IMG/VR virus record: IMGVR_UViG_3300045988_118801
Location: 1 to 64,000 of that record
Source of the DNA: a virus
Length of the DNA: 64,000 nt
Reading direction: 5' to 3' (one strand)
The notes under the pieces were generated by a model that had not been told where the DNA came from, searched no databases, and saw only the letters and a program-made list of their open reading frames with translations. Positions within the stretch are counted from its first letter, which is position 1. Every line of letters begins with the position of its first letter. The position numbers and the translations under genes were made by a program. Below, piece by piece: positions 27,769 to 36,478 of this stretch.

Positions 27769-28257
27769 TTATAAATTATTTCTTCGTGCGTATTCAGCTA
27801 TTAATAATCCATCTCTATCAGGATGTTTTACTCCTTCAAATTGCGGAAATAGCCTATTGCCAATATCCAAAGACGCTTTCTTTAATTCTTCTCCACGGCA
27901 ACCTTTGGGGAGCATTGCTTTTTGCCATTCCTTAGAATCTATGAACATGTGCTTGCAACCAAGCAATTCTATCATTATCAATTCCGCTTCGTGGCAACGT
28001 AATGCTGATGCAGTAGCAACAAATCTTGTCGGATTCACCATAGCTCGTTCCATTACTACACAAACATTGTTTTTATTCAGTCCGCTAAATAATTCCATAA
28101 ACTTTGAATAGTCAAGTCTTGTAATTATTTTCTTATCTTTCGTATAGTCTTGCTCTTTCTTGACAGGTGTCTTAACAAACACAGGGTCTATACCTTCACC
28201 AACAATACCTATTGTTCCGCTAATGCCATTATCTATTCCAACGTAAACCTTACTCAT
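27769..28257 (-). CDS. RuvC-like Holliday junction resolvase
   Basis: MSKVYVGIDNGISGTIGIV (catalytic Asp), VVMER, and C-terminal HPDRDGLLIAEYARR. RNase-H-fold resolvase pattern. Confidence 0.55.
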   Translation of the reverse strand: MSKVYVGIDNGISGTIGIVGEGIDPVFVKTPVKKEQDYTKDKKIITRLDYSKFMELFSGLNKNNVCVVMERAMVNPTRFVATASALRCHEAELIMIELLGCKHMFIDSKEWQKAMLPKGCRGEELKKASLDIGNRLFPQFEGVKHPDRDGLLIAEYARRNNL

Positions 28258-28642
28258 TCTTATTTCCCTCCTTTCCGACTTTAATATGCAAGAAATCAAG
28301 ATTTGTCATTTGAGGATATACTCTGTACCACTTTTTCAAGAAAGTCCAAGCATCAAGGTTATAAAGACGCTTTATATCTTCTTCAAGTAGCACAATATTC
28401 TTATCTTCCCAGCTTACAACCTTTGCAGTTATCTTGTCGGCAAATAATAAGTATTTGTCGCCTTTAGACAACACAAATCCGCAGTTGTTCTGTATAGCAA
28501 GCAAGGGAACAATTACCTCCTGACTGAATCTGTGTGCTATCTTGTATGTATTTTCACTGTTATTATCCATAGACATATCTGTTATATCGAAAACTCCCAA
28601 TCTGTTTAACAATCGGATTGCTTCACCTAGCGTTTGTGCCAT
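28250..28642 (-). CDS. hypothetical protein
   Basis: ORF track. Confidence 0.45.
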   Translation of the reverse strand: MAQTLGEAIRLLNRLGVFDITDMSMDNNSENTYKIAHRFSQEVIVPLLAIQNNCGFVLSKGDKYLLFADKITAKVVSWEDKNIVLLEEDIKRLYNLDAWTFLKKWYRVYPQMTNLDFLHIKVGKEGNKNE

Positions 28643-29362
28643 TAGAAATCTTCTGAATTAAGTTCAACTTTTACGTTTTTATCCGCTATAATCGGTCTTA
28701 TCCCAACTTCTTCAAATACCATTTTCTGAAATAGCTTTTCGTCACTTTGTCCGTCAGATAAATGTACAAGCATCAAAGTTCTAAGTTCGGGATTCATGTT
28801 TCTCTTGATAGCTTCTATTGTCTGATTTATCTCCATGTGATACTCGTTATGAGAACGTATTTCCTGATTCCGGCATAGATTGTCTATCATCAAATCCTCG
28901 CTATTGTTTGCCTCTATCAGTAAATGATTCAGACCTTTTATCTTATAAGGGAAGCTAACCGCATCCGTGCAAAAGACCAAACTTCCGAACTCTTTATGAG
29001 TGATCAAAAAGGAATAATTCTCACAATTATGCTGAACAGGTAAAGCCATAACCACAAATCCACCAATCTTGTACTGAATTTTAGGTTTCAATACTTTTAC
29101 TCCTTTAAAATTATTCGCTACTTCTTGATTTGAGTAGACTGGTATTTGTGATTTTAGTGCGTTAGGAATGTATTTGGAATGGTCTGACCTACGAATGGGC
29201 GTGCGAAATTAACACGCCCAATACTTTTTCTATTTTATAGTCCAACATTTCCAATACCTCATTCCACTTGCAACCTAATTCTAAGATAAGACTTTCTTTT
29301 TCGGTTTGTAGCAAGTAGCAATTTTCTTTGCTACCACTACCAATTACCTTTAGTGTTGCCAT
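28642..29362 (-). pseudogene. metallo-beta-lactamase-fold hydrolase, reading frame broken inside the HxHxDH motif
   Basis: ATG at 29362 gives MATLKVIGSGSKENCYLLQTEKESLILELGCKWNEVLEMLDYKIEKVLGVLISHAHS, then TAG at 29189-29191. The other frame continues DHSKYIPNALKSQIPVYSNQE... into the 28642-29091 ORF. Confidence 0.65.
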
Positions 29363-29364
29363 AA

Positions 29365-29475
29365 TCAATTTTGATTTACATCACACCGTCTAAAACAATA
29401 CATAGCACCAACTCTTTCTTTACGTTCATCAGAAGTTTTTTCTTTCCAATTAAATTTAATCTTCTTCTTCATCAT
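29365..29475 (-). CDS. hypothetical 36-aa protein
   Basis: MMKKKIKFNWKEKTSDERKERVGAMYCFRRCDVNQN. Its stop is 2 nt from the MBL ATG. Below the track size cutoff. Confidence 0.3.
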   Translation of the reverse strand: MMKKKIKFNWKEKTSDERKERVGAMYCFRRCDVNQN

Positions 29476-29803
29476 CTAAATATTTAAAAAATAAATCTTG
29501 TTTATAACACCATGTTTTTATATCCATATCTTTTACAAAATCTTTCCAATTATTGGTATCGTAATAATTAATCTCACTCAATGTTTTATCGGATTTAATT
29601 ATTATTAATGTATAATTTTCTATTGGTTTCTTATCTATATCATGCCAAATAGCTTTTATTATCCATTTAGCTCCGTTAGCAAAACATCTTAATGAGTTAT
29701 ACCAAGCAAGGCTTATATCACATAATTGACGATGTTCGTCATAATATCAAGAAGCTCCATCATAAATAGTTTCACTATCTATTGGTTTTACTATTTCTAT
29801 CAT
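29456..29803 (-). pseudogene. paralogue of the 50347-50673 gene with an in-frame TGA at codon 19
   Basis: ATG at 29803 overlaps the upstream TGA. MIEIVKPIDSETIYDGAS-TGA(29747-29749)-YYDEHRQLCDISLAWYNSLRCFANGAKWIIKAIWHDIDKKP...WCYKQDLF. Shares GAKW..WHD...KP and WCYK(E/Q)DL with the 50347 ORF. Confidence 0.55.
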
Positions 29804-30279
29804 ATTGTATCTATTTTTAAATGACATTCTTCTCTAAACATTAACTGGTATTTCGGTTTTATTAGATAATAAGCCAATGTTTCGATGAAATCATTATCAT
29901 CATTTGTTCTACCTTGTATTTTAAAATGATTAATTCCTAAATTTAGACAAGTATTAATCATATCGTTTGTTACAACTTGTGGAGCATCTAATATCTCATA
30001 AAGATGTCCTTTACCGCAATAACTCTCATGGGGACATTTAAATGTAATACCATCACCATTTATATTTAAACGAGATATATACTCATAATGGTTCTTTCTT
30101 GATTTACAATCGTTAGGACAAATTGTATTAACAATTATTTCAAGTTTATTACGAGTATGCTCAGGGAATAATGATATGGTTTCCCAATCATTTATCATGC
30201 TTTTACTTAACACTATGCGTTTATATTGGTCTGTCTTTTTAATTATAGTTTCAAAATCAATACAAGCAGTGGTTGACAA
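29800..30279 (-). CDS. C-terminal part of a split Cys-rich gene (reached by a -1 shift from 30339-30671)
   Basis: The track start is TTG. This frame is open upstream exactly back to the T7 run (..TFFCVANSDIEEWLGTQCVRRGQLILSTTAC..). Confidence 0.5.
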   Translation of the reverse strand: MSTTACIDFETIIKKTDQYKRIVLSKSMINDWETISLFPEHTRNKLEIIVNTICPNDCKSRKNHYEYISRLNINGDGITFKCPHESYCGKGHLYEILDAPQVVTNDMINTCLNLGINHFKIQGRTNDDNDFIETLAYYLIKPKYQLMFREECHLKIDTI

Positions 30280-30338
30280 TATTAATTGCCCTCTCCTTAC
30301 ACACTGTGTCCCTAACCATTCTTCTATATCAGAATTTG

Positions 30339-30671
30339 CTACACAAAAAAAGGTTTATTTTTATTAAAAACTTCAACAACTTTTGATGCGAATTTATCAG
30401 GGAATTGTGATTTGTCCATAAACAAGTTGCTCATAATTATTGTCGGTTGAATGTTATGCTCAATACAAAAATCGCTAACCTCCTCCTCGTTATAAAAATT
30501 TCCACTATTTCTTCCTCCGTTTGCTATACCACCATTAGAACCATAAAAAGAAGATATAACTACATTGTCCTTAAAAATGTAAGGGAATTTTTCTTTTAAC
30601 AAAACAACTCGTTTCATTATATGGAATTTCTCAAACAATCCAGCTATATTAAAATAAGATTTTTGCTCCAT
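30339..30671 (-). CDS. N-terminal part of the split gene
   Basis: ORF track. Ends two codons after the T7 run. Confidence 0.5.
   Translation of the reverse strand: MEQKSYFNIAGLFEKFHIMKRVVLLKEKFPYIFKDNVVISSFYGSNGGIANGGRNSGNFYNEEEVSDFCIEHNIQPTIIMSNLFMDKSQFPDKFASKVVEVFNKNKPFFV
30345..30351 (-). promoter_or_regulatory. T7 homopolymer (T-TTT-TTT), the only possible junction between the 30339-30671 and 29800-30279 frames
   Basis: The zero frame reads CCT TTT TTT GTG TAG. The -1 frame opens at the preceding TAA and reads ACC TTT TTT TGT GTA GCA... Confidence 0.5.
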
Positions 30672-30716
30672 AGTTCATAAAATTATGGTAGCACCCGAAG
30701 ATGCTACCGTGGTTAT

Positions 30717-31553
30717 TTAAAATTCAGGTTCGTTCTTCTTTTCTTCGGCTGGCTTTAAAACCTCACCCGTCTGAACGTCTACAACTTCTCCTTCCTCTGT
30801 TTTGATTTCTTCGGCTTCTGCGTCAATTACCTCTTTATCATTGTAGTTTGGTTTAGCATTTCCTAAATCTTTAGTGTCGCCACTAAACGATGCTTGGTCT
30901 GATTCGATAGCTGTGATAAACTCAATACTCTTAGGCGCATACTTTTTCAAAAGATATTTAAGCACTGTTTTTAGAGCCATGCTGTTAAAATCCTCACACC
31001 AAAGTCCAAAACTACGTTTGTATGTCTGTGAAAATCTCAATGCGTGCTTTTTAACTTCTTCAATAGTCCAATAAACGGTCTTTTGATAACCATTTGTCAG
31101 CTTAAATGATGCCATATAACCAATGATTTCATCAGATTCACGTTTATCCTCGTCAAAGATGTATTCTCCTGTAAAGCGGTTTTTCTTGACTAATTCACCT
31201 TTATACACTGGCTCATTTGCAATGTAAACAAACTGTCCTGTACGCAAACACAAATCCATCCAACCATCTCGCATGATTTGGAATGTCGCAGTAGTTTTCT
31301 TTGTTTTACCGTCCTTAAATGGGATAATAGCCGACAACCCCAAGTTTGGATTGATAGGTAAATCAAGTGCTGCTGCTTGTCCTGCCGCAAGAATAATGCT
31401 ATTTGTATCCGCTTCTTGAAGAAGTTTGTTATTTTGGTACACATTCATAATACTTGTTAAGAACCCTGCTGATTTCTTACCTAACATATCAGCAAATCTT
31501 TTCTGAATTGAATCAGTCGCTAATGCTTGTTTTAATGTTAATTCGTTTGCCAT
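30717..31553 (-). CDS. recT: RecT-family single-strand annealing protein
   Basis: N-terminal LKQALATDSIQKRFADMLGKKSAGFLTSI...SIILAAGQAAALDLPINPNLGLSAIIPF, typical of RecT. Acidic C-terminal tail. Confidence 0.7.
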   Translation of the reverse strand: MANELTLKQALATDSIQKRFADMLGKKSAGFLTSIMNVYQNNKLLQEADTNSIILAAGQAAALDLPINPNLGLSAIIPFKDGKTKKTTATFQIMRDGWMDLCLRTGQFVYIANEPVYKGELVKKNRFTGEYIFDEDKRESDEIIGYMASFKLTNGYQKTVYWTIEEVKKHALRFSQTYKRSFGLWCEDFNSMALKTVLKYLLKKYAPKSIEFITAIESDQASFSGDTKDLGNAKPNYNDKEVIDAEAEEIKTEEGEVVDVQTGEVLKPAEEKKNEPEF

Positions 31554-31590
31554 AATAAATACTTTTATTCTTTATAAAGTTACAAAATAT

Positions 31591-32013
31591 TTAGATTAAA
31601 TCCAAAATTTTTGTCCGATTTATTCCAATCATTCCCATGTTATACCCTTGTTTCAGGTAATCTTCCATAATCTTTGTTGCTTCCTTTACATCGGTTGCAC
31701 AAACAAGAACGGCAGATTTCTGTTCCTTTTCTTCACCTGCATCGTCAATATAAATATCCACGATTGTAGCTTTGAAGAAAGGTTTGTCTTCTGTTTTGGT
31801 GTTTACAATTTCTTTAATTTTAGAAACTACGATGCTATAAACATCGCATTTATTATTGTAAAGTTCATTTGCCTTGTAGTATGCTTCCAAAGCATTTTCA
31901 CATTCACAGATATAGTGTTCGTTTACTTGTTTCAATTCACAAGCTGTTCCTCCTGCTTTTGAAGGTTTGCAGGGAACTTCTTTTTCTACTGATAGTTTTA
32001 CTTCAAAATACAT
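31591..32013 (-). CDS. hypothetical protein
   Basis: ORF track. Confidence 0.45.
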   Translation of the reverse strand: MYFEVKLSVEKEVPCKPSKAGGTACELKQVNEHYICECENALEAYYKANELYNNKCDVYSIVVSKIKEIVNTKTEDKPFFKATIVDIYIDDAGEEKEQKSAVLVCATDVKEATKIMEDYLKQGYNMGMIGINRTKILDLI

Positions 32014-32025
32014 AGTTATTTCTCC

Positions 32026-32442
32026 TTACTTATTGTCTCTATTCGCTTCCAAAATAGGAAGATTTGCTTCTGTCGGAATATAAATCACGGTTTTATCGTT
32101 CAAACCACTTTGCTGGCGCACCCAAAGATACTGAATGTATTCTGGTGTCAAACTTCCGTTTTCAATCTTAATTGCCTCTGCTGCACCTTTGGCACGTTCA
32201 ATTTCAGCTTGTGCATTTAATTTCTCTGCTTCAAGGTTTGCTTTGGCTTCTTCGATTTTGATGCGTCTATTCTGCTCGGCTTCTGCAAATTGAGCCTTAC
32301 CGTTTTGTTCAGCTTTCCAAACTTTATATTTAGGATAGCCAAACATAAAACCTGATACAACGCATAAAAATGCTACTACTGAAATTACGATTTCTTTTAC
32401 ATTCATAATGATGTTTTTTTTATTAATATTTATGTTCTTCAT
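32026..32442 (-). CDS. single-pass membrane protein with coiled coil
   Basis: TM segment IVISVVAFLCVVSGFMFGY, then a charged helix AEAEQNRRIKIEEAKANLEAEKLNAQAEIERAKGAAEA. Confidence 0.45.
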   Translation of the reverse strand: MKNININKKNIIMNVKEIVISVVAFLCVVSGFMFGYPKYKVWKAEQNGKAQFAEAEQNRRIKIEEAKANLEAEKLNAQAEIERAKGAAEAIKIENGSLTPEYIQYLWVRQQSGLNDKTVIYIPTEANLPILEANRDNK

Positions 32443-32695
32443 ATCTCACTGGCTCAAACAATTCCCATCCGCTAAGCCAAACAGGTACTACAAGTGTTTC
32501 AACTCCAATTAAACCCCATACCACATTTTCAAGACAACACTCATAAACAACTCCATCAATTTTACGTGCGTCTGCATTTGCCCAACCGTAAGGCTCTGCT
32601 GTGAATGTTGTTCCGTCTGCTTTCTTGAATGTTTTACTGTCAGCACATGAACTAAGTGTTACCAAAGCTAATAAAATAAACAGAATTTTTTTCAT
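32423..32695 (-). CDS. lipoprotein
   Basis: Signal peptide plus lipobox: MKKILFILLALVTLSSC. Confidence 0.6.
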   Translation of the reverse strand: MKKILFILLALVTLSSCADSKTFKKADGTTFTAEPYGWANADARKIDGVVYECCLENVVWGLIGVETLVVPVWLSGWELFEPVRYEEHKY

Positions 32696-32718
32696 GTTTT
32701 TTAAATTTTAGTTATTAC

Positions 32719-33228
32719 TTATTTACTTCTCCCAACTTTCACCGCTTTAATTCGAGGTCTTTTAGGTTTCACGTATTTGATAAACTTGATTTTACTGAAA
32801 CCTTTCATCGGTTTCTGATTTGCTTTAAGAAGCACGTTCTGTAACTTGGTAATTACAAACTCTTCGCTATCTGTCGAACGGATAAACATCGGATAGAAGT
32901 TTGCTCTCATTGATTTAAAGAAAAGATTTGCCTTTGAAACTTCAATCTCATCGTTCATGTCTACCTGACGGATAACCACGTTTGCATCAGGAATAAAGAT
33001 GTCGGTTGTGATTCTGTGTCTTTGTTTTTTACCGTGAATAATCTCACAAAGAGTAAATGGCAATCCCCATTTATGCAATGTTTCAATTACCTTGTGTGTC
33101 TTTTCGTTGAACTTAGCCATGCGTTGAATACGTTTCATCTTATAGGCTTCGTTCTTTGTTTCTTCAAAATTTCCTAAGTTCTTATCTTGTGCGTACACAA
33201 GTTCTTTTAATTCATTCGGTTCTAACAT
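32719..33228 (-). CDS. hypothetical protein
   Basis: ORF track. Confidence 0.45.
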   Translation of the reverse strand: MLEPNELKELVYAQDKNLGNFEETKNEAYKMKRIQRMAKFNEKTHKVIETLHKWGLPFTLCEIIHGKKQRHRITTDIFIPDANVVIRQVDMNDEIEVSKANLFFKSMRANFYPMFIRSTDSEEFVITKLQNVLLKANQKPMKGFSKIKFIKYVKPKRPRIKAVKVGRSK

Positions 33229-33268
33229 AATCTTATTTATTTTACGATGTTGTACTTCAATATTTTTT

Positions 33269-34177
33269 CTATTTTCCCACTTGATTATATTTGATTATTA
33301 TCAATTTAATTTTGTTCTTCTTGCAATACTCTTTTAATCTTTTATCTCTTTCTACTTGTACCTTAAAATCATCTTCACTTTTATGGAAATAAGAGTTAAA
33401 CTCGTAATGCTGTATACCATTAAATTCGATGAATGTATTATGTTGTGGTAGAAAGAAATCAACCCTTAAAGAATTACGAGAAAACAAATAACGTTCTAAT
33501 GTTATTCTATATTGTCTTTTATATTCAATGTCGTTATTTTTTAAATATTCTTTTATTTTTAATTCTCCTTTTGAGGATTTACATATAGGGCATCCGTGAC
33601 CACTTAAATGAGCGTTTGGCTTCTGCTCAAATTCGCCATGTTTGGGGCATAAAATAATCACGTTAGTCCAACTATTTACATACTTAACACGACTATAATC
33701 ATAAGTATCGCCATGAATAGATTTCGCTTTTTCTATAAACCAATCTGTGTTTTTTGAATATAACTCCGAAACTTTTTCTCTTCCACATAAAAAGCAGCCT
33801 TGACCTCTCAAGTGATTATTAGGCGTTTGAAAAAAATCACAATTATGTTTTTTACATATAATACATACTTTAGTTGAACTATCTATGTATTTAACTTTTG
33901 AATAGTCATATTTATCACCATGAATTTTTTGTGCCCTACTTATAAATTCACTACAAGACATTCTTTGAGAATCTGCTATCTTTTTTCTTTTACAAAATCT
34001 ACAACCATGACCAATCAAATGTTTTATAGGTTTTTGAGAAAAAACTCTTCCACACTTTTTGCATATTATCAAAACCTCTGTAGAATTATTAATATAATTC
34101 ACTAAAGTGTAATCATAATTGCCTCCATGTATTTTTATAGCTTTTTCAACAAACTCTTCCTTTGTTAATCTCTTCAT
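33269..34177 (-). CDS. homing-endonuclease-like protein: three zinc-ribbon repeats plus a Vsr/DUF559-like nuclease C-terminus
   Basis: Three copies of IHGxxYDYSxVxYxxxxTxVxIxCxxHGxFxQxPxxHLxGxGCxxC. C-terminal RVDFFLPQHNTFIEFNGIQHY. Confidence 0.5.
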   Translation of the reverse strand: MKRLTKEEFVEKAIKIHGGNYDYTLVNYINNSTEVLIICKKCGRVFSQKPIKHLIGHGCRFCKRKKIADSQRMSCSEFISRAQKIHGDKYDYSKVKYIDSSTKVCIICKKHNCDFFQTPNNHLRGQGCFLCGREKVSELYSKNTDWFIEKAKSIHGDTYDYSRVKYVNSWTNVIILCPKHGEFEQKPNAHLSGHGCPICKSSKGELKIKEYLKNNDIEYKRQYRITLERYLFSRNSLRVDFFLPQHNTFIEFNGIQHYEFNSYFHKSEDDFKVQVERDKRLKEYCKKNKIKLIIIKYNQVGK

Positions 34178-34312
34178 TATAATACAAGATTTATAAAAAA
34201 GTTATACCCTACCACTTTCGTTTTTCTGTTGCGCATTCCACCACTCTTTCGACTTAATACGAACCTTATCTCCTACTTTATATTTCATAAGTTATTGATT
34301 ATTAATTAGTTA

Positions 34313-34699
34313 TCAGAACGGCAAATCCGATACATCATCACCATTTACTTTTTGTTCACTCGCTTTAGGCACATCACTACTACTCTGCGCAGCTACTTGC
34401 GACTGACCACCTTCCGAACGCTTGAATACAGACCAAACACGGATAGTATTGTACCATCTTCCTTGAAACTCACGAGCATCGAAGTTATACATAATATCCA
34501 CCTCGTCATTCATCTGAATGTTGAACTGCTGGATTTTCTCCGTACCGAAAACTTCAAAGCATACTTTCTGAGGATATGAATCATGTGTTTCAAGCACATA
34601 TTCCTGAGAAGCCCACGTACCTTTCTGTGAAGTTCCAGTTTTCATTTGCATTACTGCGATAATTCTACCGCTTACTTTCTGTTTGTTTTCTTCTGCCAT
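34313..34699 (-). CDS. ssb: single-stranded DNA-binding protein (OB-fold, DUF3127-like)
   Basis: Acidic C-terminal tip DDVSDLPF, like the SSB DDDIPF tail. Lies in the recombination module. Confidence 0.55.
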   Translation of the reverse strand: MAEENKQKVSGRIIAVMQMKTGTSQKGTWASQEYVLETHDSYPQKVCFEVFGTEKIQQFNIQMNDEVDIMYNFDAREFQGRWYNTIRVWSVFKRSEGGQSQVAAQSSSDVPKASEQKVNGDDVSDLPF

Positions 34700-34768
34700 A
34701 TCTATATGTTTTTAATGGTTTGTTTTCTTGTTACAAAGATAGCAAATTGGTTTGAAGCTTCAAAGTAT

Positions 34769-35068
34769 TTACTTCCAAAATTCGTACCATTTTTTGCTTT
34801 TATATTTTGATAGTTCAGATTCTATTTTAGATATTGTATCTTTTAAGTTTTGTATCACTTCTTTTGCTTCCGATAATTTTTCTTCACAATCTTTATACCT
34901 ATTAGTCCAATATATCGTATTGTTAATAGATGCGTTTCTTGATGATTGCAATTCTTCAATTTCCTCTTTTGTATATCCGTATAGTTCTACAAAACATTTA
35001 TTCGAATTTTGTATTAATTGGTTATACTCCGACAGAGGCATTGTAATAGTTTTAGTGTTTTGCTCCAT
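34769..35068 (-). CDS. coiled-coil protein
   Basis: ORF track. Confidence 0.45.
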   Translation of the reverse strand: MEQNTKTITMPLSEYNQLIQNSNKCFVELYGYTKEEIEELQSSRNASINNTIYWTNRYKDCEEKLSEAKEVIQNLKDTISKIESELSKYKSKKWYEFWK

Positions 35069-35075
35069 AATATCA

Positions 35076-35507
35076 TTATTTAAGTAAATTACCCAACCAT
35101 TTCATTCTCTGAACTATATGCAAACATAAAGTCATATATTCGTCTACTTGCTCTTTTGTAGGGATACCGCTTTCATACCCGCTTATACCTAACAATGTAT
35201 CGCAACTGCTACATGAGCCGTAATAGTTGTCAAATACGTAATAATTGCTAGCGTCAGGCTGATAACAATCCATGTGCAATAGGAATATCTGCGTGCCTTG
35301 ATAATATCCATGGTCCGACACTTCAAATTCTTCTGAAAACATTTCGTCATTTCTTAAATCACCATAGTTAAGGCAATGATGTATAAGAGCCAACACTATT
35401 TTGGAGTATTCGTCATATTCAGACTGCGGTGTTACTTCAAAATACTTTCTAAGGTTTTCCTTACCTCTTTCCCATCTTTCAATAATTTCATTTTCCATAA
35501 CTTCCAA
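35076..35507 (-). CDS. hypothetical protein
   Basis: ORF track. Confidence 0.45.
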   Translation of the reverse strand: MEVMENEIIERWERGKENLRKYFEVTPQSEYDEYSKIVLALIHHCLNYGDLRNDEMFSEEFEVSDHGYYQGTQIFLLHMDCYQPDASNYYVFDNYYGSCSSCDTLLGISGYESGIPTKEQVDEYMTLCLHIVQRMKWLGNLLK

Positions 35508-35673
35508 TTATTTTAGTCAGTAACTCAATATTTCTTTCAATTCTTTCGCAAACGATGTCTATTTCAAGAAACTCTTTCGCTTCCTCTTCTGTTTGGCAAT
35601 TTACTACTTTGCCTTTTAGTAATTCTTGCAGCTGTTTCATGTCATTCCTCCTCATACCATTTAGTAAATTCAA
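35488..35673 (-). CDS. hypothetical small protein (start uncertain)
   Basis: The track start is TTG. An internal ATG gives MKQLQELLKG... Confidence 0.4.
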   Translation of the reverse strand: MNLLNGMRRNDMKQLQELLKGKVVNCQTEEEAKEFLEIDIVCERIERNIELLTKIIGSYGK

Positions 35674-36136
35674 CGTATTTTTTTACCCAAAATAAAGTGC
35701 CTTCTTTTGTACGAGTGGGTTTAAATATCTTACCACTTCGGCAGCCTTAAAACGTATATTCGTCTGTGCAATCATCTGCCTTCCGTCTGATTCCCTGCTA
35801 TCGCACGCCCTCTTGGAATTTCGCCAAGTCTTTCATTGCAGGGTTATTCATCCAACCGAAACGTAACTTCTCCGATAAGGTTTGGATATACTCGCTTTTA
35901 AGGTATATAAAACGAGAAAAACCGAACTCAGACAAACTATCTGAACTCGGCTTCTCGTATCGTTTGCGCTTGCAGATAGAGTTATTTTAACTTTGGGTAG
36001 CCTATCTACATTTTTGCGCATATATAATATTTTATTTTATAATGTCGTCTTAATGCTTCAAATGCTACCCAATTCATCTGAATACACCGCGAATATAATA
36101 CATAAATTCCAAACATCCAAATTTATTAACTTTATT

Positions 36137-36144
36137 TAACTTTG
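36137..36144 (+). promoter_or_regulatory. candidate plus-strand -7 box TAACTTTG inside the 0.8-kb non-coding region
   Basis: Matches TAnnTTTG. No plus-strand gene lies downstream. Confidence 0.3.
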
Positions 36145-36149
36145 TGGGA

Positions 36150-36368
36150 ATTAATCACCAAATTGGCGACATTCCCGTAGGCAACATTGATTTGCTGTTT
36201 AAGCATCTTCTTACTGCCTTTTCAATTAAATAAAGAACTATTTTCATTGTTGTTTGGTTTTTGGTTAGTGCATCGGCAGGATTCGATACCTGCAATCGCT
36301 TCCGCACTTCTGCGCTGAAACCTTTTTTTGTTTAATGTGTGGTTCGGCTACCACATTACAGTTTTTTG
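36150..36368 (+). ncRNA. candidate ~220-nt plus-strand small RNA, antisense to the minus-strand leader
   Basis: Bounded by the TAACTTTG box and a plus-strand intrinsic terminator. Hairpins GGGAAT..ATTCCC, GCAGG-attcgata-CCTGC and CGCA-cttc-TGCG. Confidence 0.3.
36333..36368 (+). terminator. plus-strand intrinsic terminator in a minus-strand gene block
   Basis: TAATGTGTGGT-tcggct-ACCACATTA (5+4 bp with a 2-nt bulge), followed by cagTTTTTTg. Confidence 0.5.
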
Positions 36369-36470
36369 CGTCTACTTCCGCCACGATACCATTCTCAAAT
36401 CCAAAAGCATCTATTCTCCCGAACCAATGCTTTCAATCAAAAAAAATTATGAATTTATTATTATTCTTTG

Positions 36471-36478
36471 CAAATATA
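36471..36478 (-). promoter_or_regulatory. candidate -7 box (TATATTTG on the minus strand) at the head of the 0.8-kb non-coding region
   Basis: Lies 6 nt downstream of the stop of 36484-36774. Confidence 0.4.

Noticed and set aside
35766-35990. 74-aa plus-strand ORF in the 0.8-kb gap.
   Set aside because: It starts with a non-ATG codon (GTG) and has no promoter or start context. It is opposite to all neighbouring genes, and its composition is unlike the other proteins. The region is treated as non-coding.
36262-36300. tRNA 3' fragment or attP core (GCAGG-TATCGAAT-CCTGC followed by CGATGCA on the minus strand).
   Set aside because: The loop is 8 nt and lacks the TTCRA consensus. No complementary 5' acceptor strand was found within 100 nt. 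The site is 5 kb from the integrase, so an att assignment is unsupported.
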